64,000 nt of DNA from Mobula hypostoma (Eukaryota). The position numbers and the translations under genes were made by a program. The notes below the pieces were generated by a model. It had not been told where the DNA came from and made no database searches. It saw only the letters and a program-made list of their open reading frames with translations. This document shows positions 11,184 through 25,760 of this stretch, piece by piece; the stretch's first letter is position 1; each line of letters opens with the position of its first letter. The stretch is taken from assembly GCF_963921235.1 (NCBI RefSeq), contig NC_086097.1, positions 199,084,001 to 199,148,000 on the forward strand, read 5' to 3'.

Positions 11184-12727
11184 TAGTGCCTTGGAAAAGT
11201 ATTCACCCCTCAACCCTCTGTTCACATAAATGAGTAGTACAACCAGGCATTTTGATAAATTTTACTGAAAATTTTTAATTGTGAATTACATGCTCCCTTT
11301 TCACAGCAGAGACAAAAGAAAAACAGGGACAATGGTAAAGCATTAAAAACTAAAAATTCAGAAACTGAAATGTCAGCAGTTTAATCCCCGTTTGCTCAGT
11401 ACTCACACAGCTGAACCATCTCTCACAGCTATTACTGCCAGTAGTCTTTTTGGATAAGTCCCTATTAGCTTTTTACAATGTGATTGAGCAGCATTTGCCC
11501 ATTCCTCCTTGCAAAATTGTTTAATCTCTGGCAGGTTAGTTGGGAAGTGGTGGTGAACAGAAATCCTGAGGTCTTGCTGTAAGGTCAATCTCTGACTAGG
11601 ACACTGAAGAACATCAATTTTCTTCATGTGAAGCTACTCCATCGTTGCACTGGCAGTGTGCTTTGGGTTGTTGTCCTGCTGAAAGACCATATTTCTCTCC
11701 AGTTTAAGCTTTCTGGCAGAAGCTAGCAAGTTTTATCCAGGATCTCTCTGTATTTAGCAGCATTCATCCTCCCATCAATTCTGACCAGATTTCCAGTCCC
11801 TGCTGCTGAAAAGTGTCCCCATAGCATACTTTATGGTAGAGATGGTGATACATAGTCAATGCACAACAGTAGATTTACACTACACATACCTCTTAGTATT
11901 GAGGCCAAAAAGTTCCACTTTAGTCTTATCCGTCTACAAGACCTTCTTCCATATGTTTACAATATCTTCTAAGTGAAGCTTTGCAGTCTTTATGAGCAAG
12001 GATTTGCTTTTTTTTGCCAGGGTTTCTTCCTTGCCATTCTTCCATAGATACCCTTTTTGTGTAAGGGCTTAAAGATAGTGGAGCCATGAACTTCATTTCC
12101 AATTGCAGCCTCTGACTTCTTCAGCTCACTCAGAGTGACTATTGTCATGACAGTAGCCTCTCTTATGAGTGCCATTCTTCTTCAATGACTACGTTTAGAG
12201 GGCCGGCCTGAGCCAAGCAGTGCGGCTGTGGTTTCATATTTTTTCCACTTTTTCACCATGGACTGCACTGAGCTCTGAGGTATGTTCAGTGCCTTTAAGA
12301 TGGTCCTGTACCCTTCCTCAGATTTGTCCTTCTTTATTTTCAGTTCCTTGACTTGCCTTGAATGCTCTTTTGTATTCATTTTGCTTTCGGTCTGTGGGAC
12401 CTTACAGAGAGGGAGCGGGGGTATTTATGCAAGTAATCCTCCAATTTTCTACAAATTGGATCAGTTGGTAAGGTAATATACAGTACTACACCTGAGAAAA
12501 AAGTTAGCATAGTAATTACCAAGGGGATGAATACTTTTTCAGGTTCAGAATTTTGTTTCTTAATCTGTAGTAAATTGTTGATAGGTGTTGGAATTTTTCT
12601 TTTGATTTGACATGATGCACAATGTCTTGTAGATAAGTTCAAATAAATTCTACTTCAATGTATTTTAAATTTAGAAAATGAGAAAGTAAAATGTAAAAAT
12701 AGTGTGGGCGCTAAATATTATTCACTG
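11184..12727 (-). mobile_element. Tc1-family DNA transposon, decayed transposase
   Basis: Fragments TKEHSRQVK...GYRTILKALNIPQSSVQSMVKKWK...GRPSK (paired-like HTH), LIREAT...TLSELK, and PTNLPEIKQFCKEEW...YPKRLLAVI. Ends tagtgccttggaaaagtattcacccc ... cactg|TA, with an internal repeat ggggatgaatacttttc at ~12523. Confidence 0.9.
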
Positions 12728-13661
12728 TATTATATGTGGGCCAATGACACAAATTGGCCTCAATATTTCAAAGCTCAAAGTTCAACTCCAGCGGTTGCTA
12801 CTAAAAATGTGACCGCTCAGAGAGGTGGTTGAAGGATACACCAGACATCACATGGCTTTCTCACACCTATCATCAGGCATGCTTATGAATAATATTACCT
12901 TATGAGGAGCTGCAAGATATACCTATGAAATTGTATTTCAGAAAAGATGGCAGATAACTGATGAGGATAAATGTAAGAAATATTGCTATGAACCCAGTAT
13001 TAAAAAGAGCAGAATTGATTATTTCTTTTATTGCAATGTGTAGTACAGGTAAATCTTCAGCATTTTTAATCTTTTCTACAAAATTGCGCCCTCAAGATAG
13101 CAGAAGTATAAAAACATGCAATGGTTCTCTGCATAAACGATAACTTTATGGAGTAATATAGAACAACAGTAAACAAAAGTGCTGAATAGTCTAGAGAGCA
13201 CTATTTGGTTTCTGGTTTGACAGCAAACATCATCTTAATCCAAAAAGGAAAAAGTGTTGTGAATATACTGTACAAACCTCAGAGCACCATGGTTCTTTTC
13301 TGTATTTATCTAGTTTACTGTTTTTACACCATTTAGAAGTTAAGACACAGATTCTTTGACAACATAATTGCTCGGTATGCCATTTTAACATAACTGTACA
13401 AATTACTGTGCACCATGTAAAATACCAGTTGCTTTACTTATCAATCTGAAAATAAATACAGTAGAAGGTAATTTGTTCTTACACCCATACACTATAGGTC
13501 TGGTGGGCATGTTTCTAATTATAGAGATTAATTCAATTTATGAACATTCATAATAGTGTCAAACAAAGGCTGCCAGGCTAGTTCACTTAAGCAAGTATTC
13601 TTCAGCTTGCTCTGCACATATTGAATTTGTGGCTGGTATAAAAATAACAACATAAGCCAAG

Positions 13662-14121
13662 TGTCACAACCACAGACTTTGCTGCGGGATTTGGGCACCC
13701 TCTCAGGCGGGCTGCTGAATGGGGTCGACAATCACACTCATGAGAATGCATGTTCCAGCCAGCTAGTGTTTCATTGTGGTGGTATTTATCTCGCTCTCAA
13801 TTCAGTCTTGTTGAGTCTTGACCAGAAGTACACCGAAGCCAACTTTCCCTGATTACCTTTGTCCTCGTTCTGGGAAAGAAGACTATTGTTTAGATTTTCG
13901 CTGTAAAGGAGCGGCATTTATTTGGTGTTAAGTTACTGATTCTGAGCCGCAGTATCGGCATTAGCTTTCAGTTTGAGAGTTTTATTTCATGCACTGTTGG
14001 CCTAGTATTTATTGCTTTTCCTTTAATTTTGCACTGTTTTTATTAAAAGTAATTGAACTGCCAATTTGCTTCAGTGTCTTTCCCTTTGCACTTGGACATT
14101 AACCACACACTCTCGTCACCA
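13662..14121 (+). mobile_element. Possible degenerate solo LTR
   Basis: Starts tgtcac, is locally richer in GC/CpG, and has attaaa near the end. No convincing TSD. Confidence 0.3.
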
Positions 14122-15980
14122 AAATGATTTGCTTAATTAAAATCATGGAAAAGTGTAGGACCAGAAAAGGTCAATGCTTCTTAAACATACGCACTAAATT
14201 ATTACAGAATGACAAGAAGAGTACTCTTGAAAGAGTGGAGTCAAATATAAAATACATCTGCAAGCAATACTTTTCATTACCAGTTTTTTTTTAGTTCAAC
14301 CAATTGGGCAGTAGCAGAATGTGCAGGCACTGGGCCAAATCAAGCTGTCTTCAAAACACAGGATTTCAGTTGTTCACAGATGAGTAGGTCCCAGATTTGC
14401 CTACACCTAATCTAAGGGTGGGATATATTGAATGATTGCACTCAGTGGCTGAGTTCCAGTGTTGATGCTTGGCTTCCCATGCTTTGTGCCAGGGAATCTG
14501 CACCCAGCCCTTATCCTACATCAGTGGCAATCTAACTGATTTCAATGGTGAATCCTACCCCTGTAGAGAGTAGGGGAAAAGATGAATAAAGCAAGTTCAG
14601 TTATTATCTTTTATTTATTATATTATTTTATTTTTATTCATTTCAATGCTTTAATTCATAGTTTTAATGAGATCTAGTTTTTTAATTTTTAAAACCTTTT
14701 TTATTTTTAAAATTTTGCTAGAGAAATCTTGATAGTTTTAAAATATATATTAATGTGTGAGACATTTAAAACTCTTACAACATCTTACTAGGGTTTGACA
14801 TGAGAAAACCTTGCTTCCACTTTGACTGTTTAAGAGCTATTTGGGTGTCCTGGTGGTGGTAATTGAACAATATGACTCCCTGATGCTTGTTTGTTAACCT
14901 TAATGGATCCACCACAATCAGACTTATTATTTTCTGGATAGATATGCCAACCAATTGTTAAAAGCAAGAATCATAACAAAGAAGAGATCCAATGACTAAT
15001 TTTACTGCTTTGAGTACAATGAATATTGGAGTTTGCCTGGACAATTCCTTCCTCTTTTATAAAACTAATGTCATAGAGTCTTTTGCACACACAAATGGAA
15101 AACATACAGTATCCAGATTAACTTTTTATTCAAAAAGTGGCATTTTGGACAATTCAATACTTCAATACCACACTGAAGAATTACTTTCACAGTCGATCTT
15201 TGAGTGGGGTTCTCATTTTGTAACATTCTAACCTAAAAGGGCAAAATACCTACAGTGGGCCAATGCTTATTTCTGATGAAGATGTTTCTTCTGTCATTCC
15301 TTTCATTGTAGTATAAAAAGATTTGCTTCAATTCATTAACTTCTTTAAATAAATATTTGACTGAACAAAAGTTCCTGAAATAAAGCTAGGCTAAATAACA
15401 CAAGAAACGTTGGGTTTAAGAGATTTCAAATATTACCTACGGTTGATGGGAAGTTATCAATGGTCCTGCTGGGACAGCAAAAGCATGAGGGCAGGTTCCC
15501 TTATGTAATAATTACAATTTAGGGGTTAAAAAGATTGATGTGGATTTTCAGAGTTTGTTAATCATTGTCAGTGATCTGCTATGTTTAAAATTTATAAAGA
15601 CTGATCAAGAAAACAGGAGGTGACATTTGCTAAGAGGTTTAGTGATCTAATCTGTTAGCGCTAATGGGTGTGTAGTAGTTGCATGTCTGTTTGTTGCCCA
15701 ATTATTTCCCAGGACCAAAAATCCAAATAATCTGTCTCTTATTTGTGAATTGTTACAGCATGTTCAAGAAATAATAGTTTGGTGGAGACCTATGAGATCT
15801 TTCTTTGCTATAAAATGCTATAAAAGTGCAGGTGTGATACGGTATTTAAGTGAACCTAAAGGCTCCTTCAGGAGTACTGTCCTTCTGGTCTTCCAGTTCC
15901 TTGATTGTTTGACTTTTAATGAGTATTTGTGCAGAATGTAAACATGCTGAATTTGAATTGCAGTTGATGGACATATTTAT

Positions 15981-18900
15981 TAGACCATAGGACAAAGGAG
16001 CAGAAGTCGGCCATTCGGCCCATTGAGTCTGCTCCACCATTTTATCATGAGCTGATACATTCTCCCATTTAGTCCACTCCCCCACCTTCTCACCATAACC
16101 TTTGATGCCCTGGCTACTCAGATACCTTTCAATCTCTGACTTAAATACACCCAGCGACTTGGCCTTCACTGCCACCTGTGGCAACAAATTCCATACATTC
16201 ACCACCCTCTGACTAAAATAATTTCTTTGCATCTCTGTTCTGAATGAGCACCCTTTAATCCTTAAGTCATGCCCTCTTGTACTAGACTCCCCCACCATGG
16301 GAAACAATTTTGCCACATCCACTCAGTCCATGCCTTTCAACATTTGAAATGTTTCTATGAGGTCTCCCCTCATTCTTCTAAACTCCAAGAAACACAGTCC
16401 AAGAGTGGACAAACGTTCCTCATATGTTAACCTTCTCATTCCCAGAATCATTCCAGTGAATCTTCTCTGAACCCTCTCCAACGTCAGCACATCTTTTCTT
16501 AAATAAGGAGACCAAAATTGCCCACAGTACTCCAAGTGAGGTCTCACCAACGCCTTATAGAGTCTCAAAATCACACCTCTGCTCCTACACTCTCTTCCTC
16601 TAGAAATGAACGCCAACATTGCATTCGCCTTCTTCACCACCGACTCAACCTGGAGTTTAACCTTAAAGATATCCTGCATGAGAACTCCCAAGTTCCGTTG
16701 CATCTCAGAACTTTGAATTCCCTCCCCATTTAAATAATAGTCTGCCTGTTTATTTCTTCTGCCAAAGTGCATTACCATACACTTTCCAACATTGTATTTC
16801 ACTTGCCACTTCTTTGCCCAGTCTCCCAATCTATCCAAGTTTCTCTGCAGACTCTCTGTTTCCTCAGCACTACCGGCCCCTCTACCTATCTTTGTATCCT
16901 CAGTAACTTAGCCACAAAGTCACCTATTCCATAATCCAAATCGTTGACGTACAATGTAAAAAGAAGCGGCCCCAACACGGACCCCTGTGGAACACCACTG
17001 GTAACTGGCAGCCAACCAGAATAGAATCCCTTTATTCCCACTCTCTGTTTCCTGCCAATCAGCCAATGCTCTATCCACGTGTGTAACTTTCCTGTAATTC
17101 CATGGGATCTTATCTTGTTAAGCAGTCTCATGTGTGGCACCTTGTCAAAGGCCTTCTGAAAATCCAAATATACAACATCCACTGCATCTCCCTTGTCTAG
17201 CCTACTGGTAATTTCCTCAAAAAATTGCAATAGGTTTGTCAGGCAGGATTTTCCTTTAAGGAAACCACGCTGAGTTCTGTCTATCTTGTCATATGCCTCC
17301 AGGTACTCTGTAACCTCATCCTTGGCAATCGACTCCAACAACATCCCAACCACCGATGTCAAGCTAACAGGTCTATAATTTCCTTGTTGCTTCCTTGCCC
17401 CCTTCTTAAATAGCGGAGTGACATTTTGCAATCTTCCAGTCCTCCGGAAGCATGCCAGAATCTATTGACTTTTGAAAGATCATCCCTAATGCCTCCGCAA
17501 TCTCCACAGCTACTTCCTTCAGAACATGAAGGTGTATTCCATCTGGTCCAGGAGATTTATCTACCCTTAGACTATTCAGCTTCCTGAGTACTTTCTCTGT
17601 GTAATTGTGACTGCACACACTTCTCTTCCCTGACACCCTTGTGTGTCCGGTATACTGCTGATGTCTGCCTCAGTGAAGACTGATGCAAAATACTCGTTCA
17701 GTTCCTCCGCCATCTCCTTATCCCCCATTACAATTTCTCCAGCATCATTTTCTATCGGTCCTATATCTACTCTCACCTGTCTTTTACTCTTTATATACTT
17801 GAAAAGCTTTTAGTATCCTTTTTGATATTATTTGCTAGCTTCCTTTCATAGTTCATCTTTTCCCTCTTAATGACCTTCTTAGTTTCCTTTTGTAAGCTTT
17901 TAAAAACTTCCCAATCCTCTGTCTTCCCACTAATTGTTGCTTCCTTGTAGGCCATCTCCTTTGTGTTAACTTTGGCTTTGACTTCTCTTGTCAGCCACGG
18001 TTGCTTCCTTTTTCCATTTGAAAATTTCTTCTTTCTTGGAATATATCTGTCTTGCACCTTCCTCACTTCTCACATAAACTACAGCCACTGCTGCTCTGCT
18101 GTCCTTCCCGCTCATGTTCCTTTCCAGTCAACTCTGGCCAGTTCCTCTCTCATGCCACTGTAATTTCCTTTACTCCATGAAATACTGACCACATGGATTT
18201 CGGCTTCTCCTTTTCAAATTTCACAGTGAACTCAATCATGTTATGATCACTGCCTCCTAAGGGTTCCTTCACCTCAATCTCTCTAATCACCAACGGTTCA
18301 TTACGCAATACCCAATCCAGTACAGCCGATCCCCTAGTGGGCTCAACAACAAGCTGTTCTTAAAAACCATCTCGCCGACATTTTACAAATTCTCTCTCTT
18401 GAGATCCAGTGCCGACCTGATTTTCCCAATCCACTTGCATGTTAAAATCCCCCACAATTATCATAACACTGACCTCCTGACAAGCCTTTTCTATTTCCTG
18501 TTGTAATTTGTAGTCCACATCCCTGCAGCTGTTAGGAGGCCTGTATATAACTGCCATCAATGTCCTTTTACCCCTGTGATTTCTCAGCTCAACCCATAAA
18601 AAATTCTGCACCTTCCGATCCTATGTCACCTTTTCTAATGATTTAATATCATTTCTTTCCAATAAAGCCACGCCACCCCCTCTGCCTACCTGCCTATCCT
18701 TCCAATACACCATGTATCCTTGGACGTTCAGCTCCCAGAGACATGCATCCTTTAGCCACGCCTCAGTGATGGCCACAGTATCATACCTGCCAATCTGTAG
18801 CTATACGACAAGATCATCCACCTTATTCCTTATGCTGCGTGCATTTAAGCATAACACCTTAAATCCAGTATCTGGTACTTTTTGCTTTGATTGCATTGCA

Positions 18901-20390
18901 ACTTTATAGCACTGCAACTCATCCCAATGGCTGCAAATTTGCCCCATCACCTTCTTGTCCTTCCTGACATCTTTACTGCTCACTATCTTAGAATTATTTC
19001 TGTTTTTCCCTCCTCCGCTCTATCATTCCAGTTCCCATGCCCCTTTTAAATTAGTTTAAACCCACCCTAACCGCTCTATTAGACCTTCCCACCAGGATAT
19101 TGGTCCCCTTTGGGTTCAGGTGTAGCCTATCCTTTTTGAACAGATCATACTTCCCCCAGAAGAGATCCCAGTGATCCAAGAATCTGAAGCCCTGCCCCCT
19201 GCACCAGTCTCTCAGCCATGCATTCATCTGCCTGATCCTACTATTCTTGCCCTCGCTAGCATGTGGCACAGGTAGCAATCCCAAGATTACTACCCTGGAG
19301 GTCCTGCTTCTCAGCTTCCTTCCTATCTCCCAGAAATCTCTCTTCGGGATCTCCTCCCTTTTCCTCTCTATGTCATTGGTACCAACATGTACTAAGACAG
19401 CTGGCTGCTCGCCCTCTCCCTTCAGAATATTCTGGACCCGATCCAAGACATCCCGTACCCTGGCACCTGGGAGGCAACACACCATGCGGGTATCTCTGTC
19501 AGGCTCACAGAATCTCCTGTCTGTTCCCCTGAATATGGAATCCCCTATGACTACCACATTCCTCTTCTCTCTCCTTCCTTCCTGCACAACAGCTCCAGGC
19601 TCAGTGCCAGAGACCCGGTCACTGTGGGCGTCCCCTGTCAGGTCATCCCCCTCAACAGCATCCTAAACAAGATACTTGTTGCTGAGGGGGACAGCCACAG
19701 GGGTGCTCTTCACTATCTGGGCATTTCCCTTCTCTCTCCTGACGGTCACCCAGTTTTCTGACCCCTGTAGCCTTGGGATGACTACCTCCCCGTAGCTCCT
19801 GTCTATCACTTCTTCACTTTCCCTAGTAAGCAGTAGGTCATCAAGCTGCAGCTCCAGATCCCTAACACGGTCTCTGAGGAGCTGCATCTCGGTGCACCTG
19901 GCGCAGATGTGACCATCAGGGAGGCTGGAGATCTCCCAGGATTCCCACATCTGACACCCTGAACAAAGCACTAACCCTGCAGTCATGCTACCTAATTCTA
20001 CAGGAATGAAACAAGAAAAAATAATTCTACTCACCCACTTACCTCACCAAACACTTAAACTTTTTAAAACCGTTAGCTCGTACCATTAGCTGTGTGAGCC
20101 CTGCTGTTCCTCTGTCTGTCCGGGCCGATTCACCAAAGGGGGTAAACGGAGTTGGTGTCTCGCTCATGCCTCTTCCCGTTACTGCCTAAGCCTGTTGAGC
20201 CAAAGCCCTACACTCTGCTACCACTCACTCCACTGCCCACTGCGACTGCTGCCCGCTGTATAGGGTGGTCTCCTTTTTAAACTCTCCGTTCTGTCCTGTC
20301 TATGTCACACACCTGCACAGTCTTATCCTTCTTGCACTCGAAGAAGTTTTAAAAAAAGCTGCCTTCCTTCAGAATTCAGCTCTCACGCTG
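15981..20390 (-). mobile_element. Near-full-length CR1-type LINE (ORF1 zinc finger/coiled coil/SGNH esterase; ORF2 APE endonuclease-RT), disrupted
   Basis: ORF1 from ATG 19986 (CSGC...CARC, GDS, GTND, DRLH) with one in-frame stop at 19663-19665. ORF2 pieces LNARSIRNK, IYRPPN, GDFN, YRPVSLTS, YLDFQKAFD, GVPQGSVLGP, YKALVRPHLEY, with frameshifts. Confidence 0.96.
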
Positions 20391-20949
20391 TTCTTCTTGT
20401 CCTGATCCAAAAAAAAAAGAAAATGTGCCAGCCTGTAACAAAGTACTCAGAAGATAGGGGTTGTTGCATATAGGATCAGATATGACACTGTAAACTCATT
20501 CTGGGCAGTAGTTTAAGTCAGTAAAAGTGCTTGGAAGGTATTTGTAACCAAGAATAATAATTATTTAAAGGAGTCATATAGTGCTGTCTTAGGCATTGAA
20601 ATTTGCTTGAGTTCAGAAGCGGCGCAGAGCAGGAAAGAATATCACTGAAATTACCAGCTAAAATAATCAAAGGCCAGTGTGTACTGAGTCTGAAGATCTG
20701 GTTTAACTGTGGTAAGGTTCTGCTTGATTCATAGCTCTGGAGATGAAACAATAATTAAAATGGGACAGAGAGTTTAAGTAGAATTCAAATACTATCTAGC
20801 ACCTGGCCAATCTAACCATTAATCAAATTGAATTGTGAGAGTAAACTATTCAACCCTAGGTTGGTTGGAGGGCACTGGACATTCAGAGAAATAATTTTTC
20901 AAAGAAGAGGAAATGAGCTAGGATATCATAGGGTATTTATTCAACATCA

Positions 20950-21600
20950 ATATTCTGTGCAATCTGTCAAAAAGACAAAACGAGCGTTTGGATAAGTATG
21001 TTAAACAGAGCGTGCCAGTGTGATTTGTAAAAGATAACACGTCTAATAAAACAGCTCTTTGAGGAATTAACAGTCAAGGAAGAGAAGGAAAAATCTATAA
21101 CTGTTATTTATGTTGACATTCAGAAGATATCTGGCAAGATTTCACAGCGTAAGTGAGAAGGTATGGAATTGCAGACAAACTATCAGTTAAGTTAGGAAGT
21201 TAATCAGGAGGTAGAAGGGAAATTAAGTGTAAAATCAAAGTGTTAGGACATATTTTATAATAAAATGCTGGCAGCCTTGACATTTCACTATAATTAGAAA
21301 TGACTGTAATAATGGAATAGAAAACCATGTATATAAGTTTATACATCATTGCTTGTCACACAGATAATGTTGTTGGGGCAGACTGTTGCAAAGGAACATT
21401 GATAGATTAATTTCATAGAGTTCAGAGTTTCATGATGTAGAAACAAGCCCATTAGTCTAACTGGTTATGTAACCAGATACCCTATATAAGCTTGTCCTAT
21501 TTGTCAACACTTGGCCCATTATCTTCTAAAAATTTCAAGTCCTTGGCTCTGTCCAGCTGCCTTTTAAATGCTGTTGTACCTGTCTCAAACATTTTCTCTG
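20950..21600. mobile_element. Highly degenerate CR1 fragments (+ strand RT region, then - strand 3' end)
   Basis: Residual similarity to the ctttgagga...gacattcagaag RT segment and to the agaaacaagccc 3' motif. Confidence 0.45.
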
Positions 21601-21609
21601 CAGCTCGTT

Positions 21610-22470
21610 CCAGATATAAACACCATCTATAAATTCACAGATAACACCACTGTAGTTGTTAACATTTCAGATGGCAATGAGGAAGTGAACAGGACTAAGA
21701 TAGAGCAGCTGATTAAGTGGTGTCACAACAACAAATTTGCACTCAACATCAGCAAGATCAAGGAATAGATTGTAGACTTCAGAAAGGGGAATTTAGGAGA
21801 ACAAGCTCCAGTCCTCATTGAGATGTCAGTGTGGGAAGGGTGAGCAACTTCAGGTTCCTGAGTCTCAACATCTCAGAAGATGTCCTTTGGCCCAATACAT
21901 TGATGTCATCACGAAGAAGGCATACTAGCAGCTCTACTTCAGTGGAAGTTTGAGGACATCTGTTATGTCAGCAAAGACTCTTGATAATTTCTATAGATGT
22001 GTAGTAGAGAGCATTCTAACCAGTTGTATTATAGCCTGGTATGGAGGCTCCAGTGCAGAAGGTTACAAGAGGCTGCAGATGCTTGTAGACTCAGCCAGCT
22101 CCATCACAGGCATAGCCCTCTCCACCTTCGAGGACATCTTCAACAGGCAGTGCTTCAAGAAAGTGGCATCCATCATGAAGAACCCATACCATCTGGGACA
22201 TGGCCTTTTCTCATTACTACCATTAGGGAGGAGGTGCAGGAGCCTGAATACCCACACTCAATAATTCTAAAACAGCTTCTTCCTCTCTGCCATTAGATTT
22301 CTGAATGGTCAGTGAACCCATGGATACTATTTCATTATTCCTACTTTGCACTATTTACTAATTTTGTGATTTATAGTAATTTTATGTCTTTGCACTGTAC
22401 TGCTGCCATAAAATAACAATTTTATCGTCATATATGTCTGTGATAACAAACCTGATTCAGAATCTGATTT
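21610..22470 (+). mobile_element. Old Rex1/Babar-like LINE 3' part
   Basis: IYKFTDNTTVV...WCHNNKFALNISKIKE and FYRCVVESILTSCIIAWYG...HGLFSLLPLGRR; tail tgattcagaatctgatt. Confidence 0.8.
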
Positions 22471-23559
22471 TGATACATGCCACACTTTATGTTAAAATGT
22501 TTGGTTTTTCTCCCTGAATATACATAAAATCTCTTTGGGGTTCTTCTTAATCTTCTTTGCCAAAGTTATACCATGTGCTTCTTTTTGTCTCCTGATTTCC
22601 TTCCTAAGATACTCCTGTATCCCCTATAATTCTCCAGGGATTTCAGGGGATTGAACACCTTTCATTCCACCCACCTTATTGTGGCTTCTGCCCCATTCCT
22701 TTCTAATCTGTTGCAGAGTCTCAGCCCAAACTGCTAGTTTACCCCAGGATTTTGTTTGTATTGTTCATGATTTCCAGCACATTCAAAATCTCTTTTGTCT
22801 AAGCCCTTAGCAGAATTGCAGTCCCAGTCTATGCTAGGAAAGTTAAAAACCCTTGTTATTCTTATGACTCTCCACAATCATCCAAAATACTTATTCATCT
22901 AATTCCCATTGTCTCTTTGGCGGCCTAGAGCACAACTCCAATAAGGTTATCATACAATTCTTATTTCTCAGTTGTGCCTCTTATAGCCTCACTAAATGAT
23001 CCTTCAATAATCAGACAACTTCTGTGACATTCCCCATAATAAAACAATGCATCTCCCTCTCTTCTCTTTCACCTGCCTCTATCCCATTTAAAGCACTGAA
23101 ACCCTGGAACATTAATTATATTCTATTTTCTGTCGCTGACTTCTGCATCACTTTCCAGCCCCTCATGTACTTCTTACTGCTTGGGATCATGCCCGTAGTC
23201 AAACTAGTTTAAACACCATTCATGTGCCTCCTGCCCGCAGTCAAACTCATTTAAACTCCATTCTGGGAGGATGTAGGTCTCCCTCCTGTTCAGCTGCGAA
23301 CTCTCCCTCTTGTAGAGGGACAGGAGTGATCACAATGGTCCAAAAAACTAAATCCCTGCCCCCTGCACCAAATTTTCAGCCATACACTGATTTGCCTTTA
23401 CTTCCTGCCCTCATCCTCAGTAGCACCCGGAACTAGAAATAATCCAGGAGTTACTACAGAGATCCTGCTTTTCAACTTCTTCACTAGCTCTCTATTTTCA
23501 CTCTGCAAGATCTCATCCCTTTTCCTGCCAATAATGAGGGAATAAATTTGTGATACTTG

Positions 23560-24220
23560 GAGCAGTAGTATTTTCTAAATGTAAAGAAGTCAGCAATGAA
23601 TGAGCATGAAAAATTTATATCAAGGACAGAAATCATTTCAAGAGAGAGAGGATTTGTTTGAATTCCTTCAAAACCTAATGGACTGTAGTAATTATTCTCA
23701 AAAATATCTGGAGCTCTGGTTAGACCACACTTGGATTATTTAATTCAGATCATGGCATCGAATCTTAAGAAAGGAAATATAAATGCACACGTCTGAAATT
23801 CTGTACAATGATACTTGGGCTAAACGGTTTAAGTTATAAGACCAGTCTGCCTCGAGTAGGCTTGTATACTCTTGAATGTAGAGGATTAACGGCCTAAATG
23901 AGGTGCTTAAAGTGATTAAAGGATTTGAAGAGTAGATAAAGAATCATTATTTTCTCCTGTGGGAGAATCAAGAGCAAGGACTAACCTGCCAATCGCCACA
24001 TGACCACCTAGGAGTGATTTTATCAAGCATTTCTTCACATGAGAGGCAGAAGGTATCTGCAAATGCTTCCTCCAAAATGCTGTTGATGCCTGGTCTTTTA
24101 AGCACTTCAGAGCTGAGATTAAATGAATTTTGTCAGGCGAGAATATGAATAGTTATGAAGTCTTAGTATGGATTTATGGATTCCAGTTAAATTGAAGAAC
24201 TTATGCCTTATTGTTTCTAG
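23560..24220 (+). mobile_element. Very old CR1 3' fragment
   Basis: gctctggttagaccacacttgga (ALVRPHL) and catttcttcaca similarity. Confidence 0.55.
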
Positions 24221-24359
24221 TTCCAAAGTTCCTGAAGCCAACTAAGTTCTGTCCTTAGTGGTCACTAGGGACTGGGAACCTTGACCAATTTCCTTTCTCC
24301 TGTCAGCAGCTTAAAAGCAATTGTGACAATCTGCTCTTTCCCTTACTCAGCATCAGGTA

Positions 24360-25760
24360 GAGTCACAGAGTTATACAGAATGGGAATAAGCCCTTTGGCT
24401 AAACTGGTCCATGACAACCAAAGTGCCTTACCCAGAGTTTGGCCTGAACCTTCCTAACCTTTCCAATCCATGTATCTGTCCAGTCGTCTTTTAAAATTTG
24501 TTATTGTACCTTCTTCAACCACTTCAACTGGCAGTTGATTCCACATGGATACTACCCATGGTGTTAAAAAATTTGCCTGTCAAGTTCCTATTAAATTGTT
24601 CCTTTCTCACCTTAAACCTATGCCCTCTAGTTCCTGATTCCCCAACTCTGGGAAAAAGACAGTGCATTCACCTTATTTATATTCCACATGATTTTATGCA
24701 CCTCTGTAATATCACCTCCCAATCTCCTACGCTCTAAGGAATGAAGTCCTAGCCTGTCCAGCCTCTTCCAATAACTCAGTCCCTCAAGTCCTGGCACATC
24801 CTTGTAAATCTTTTCTGCACTCTTTCCAGTTAAATAACATTGTTCCTATAGCAGGGTGACCAAAGTTGAACATAGTACTCCAAGTGCAGCCTCGTCAGTG
24901 CACTATGACCTCTCAACTTTTATACTCAGTGCCCTGACTGATGAAGGCTAACATGCCAAATGTTTTCTTTACCACCCTGTATACTGTGATACCTCTTCCA
25001 ATGGACCATGTGCTGTACTTGTTCTCCAAGGACTCCCCAGGACTCTGCAGCTCACTGTGAAATTCCTATCTGGCTTTGGCTTTCTAAAAAGCAACACCTC
25101 ACACCTATCGAAATCAAACTCCATTTGCCATTTCTCAGCCCGATTACTCAACTTATCAAAATCTCCCTGTAATAATGACAATCGTCCTCACTGTCCACTA
25201 TAACGTCAATTTTTGAGTCATCTACAAAACTCACGAACCATGCCAAGTACATTGTTATTGAAATCGTTGATGTGGATGACAAACAGCAATGGGCCAAACT
25301 GACACTTGGTGCACACCATTAGTCATGGGTCTCCAGTCTGAGAAACAGGCTTATTACCATTATTCTCTGCTTCCTCTTCAAGTCAATTGTGTATCCAATT
25401 AGTCAGCTCTCTCTGGATTTCAATTTACAGTATCTAATCCTTCCAAATAACCCTCCTTGTTTAACCTTTGTAAAGGCCTTACTGAAATCCATAAAACCAT
25501 GGATTTCCTTTCCTTCATCAACTTTCTTGGTCACCTCATCAAAGCACTCAATCAAGTTTTGTAAGACATGAGCTCCTGTGACCAGAGCCATGTTGACTAC
25601 CTCTAATCAATCCTTGTATTTACAACTGTATGCACAGCTTGTCCCTCAGACTCCTCTCTATTAACTTACCTACTACAGATGTCAGACTTAATGGCCTATA
25701 GTTCCCATGTTTATCTTTGCTGCCCTTCTTAAATAAAGGCATACCTTTGGCTACACTTCA
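24360..25760 (-). mobile_element. Old CR1 LINE RT/3' fragment
   Basis: NLIECFDEVTKKVDEG...MDFSKAF and LQGDFDKLSNRAEKWQMEF; 3' tail agagtcacagagttatac. Confidence 0.8.
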
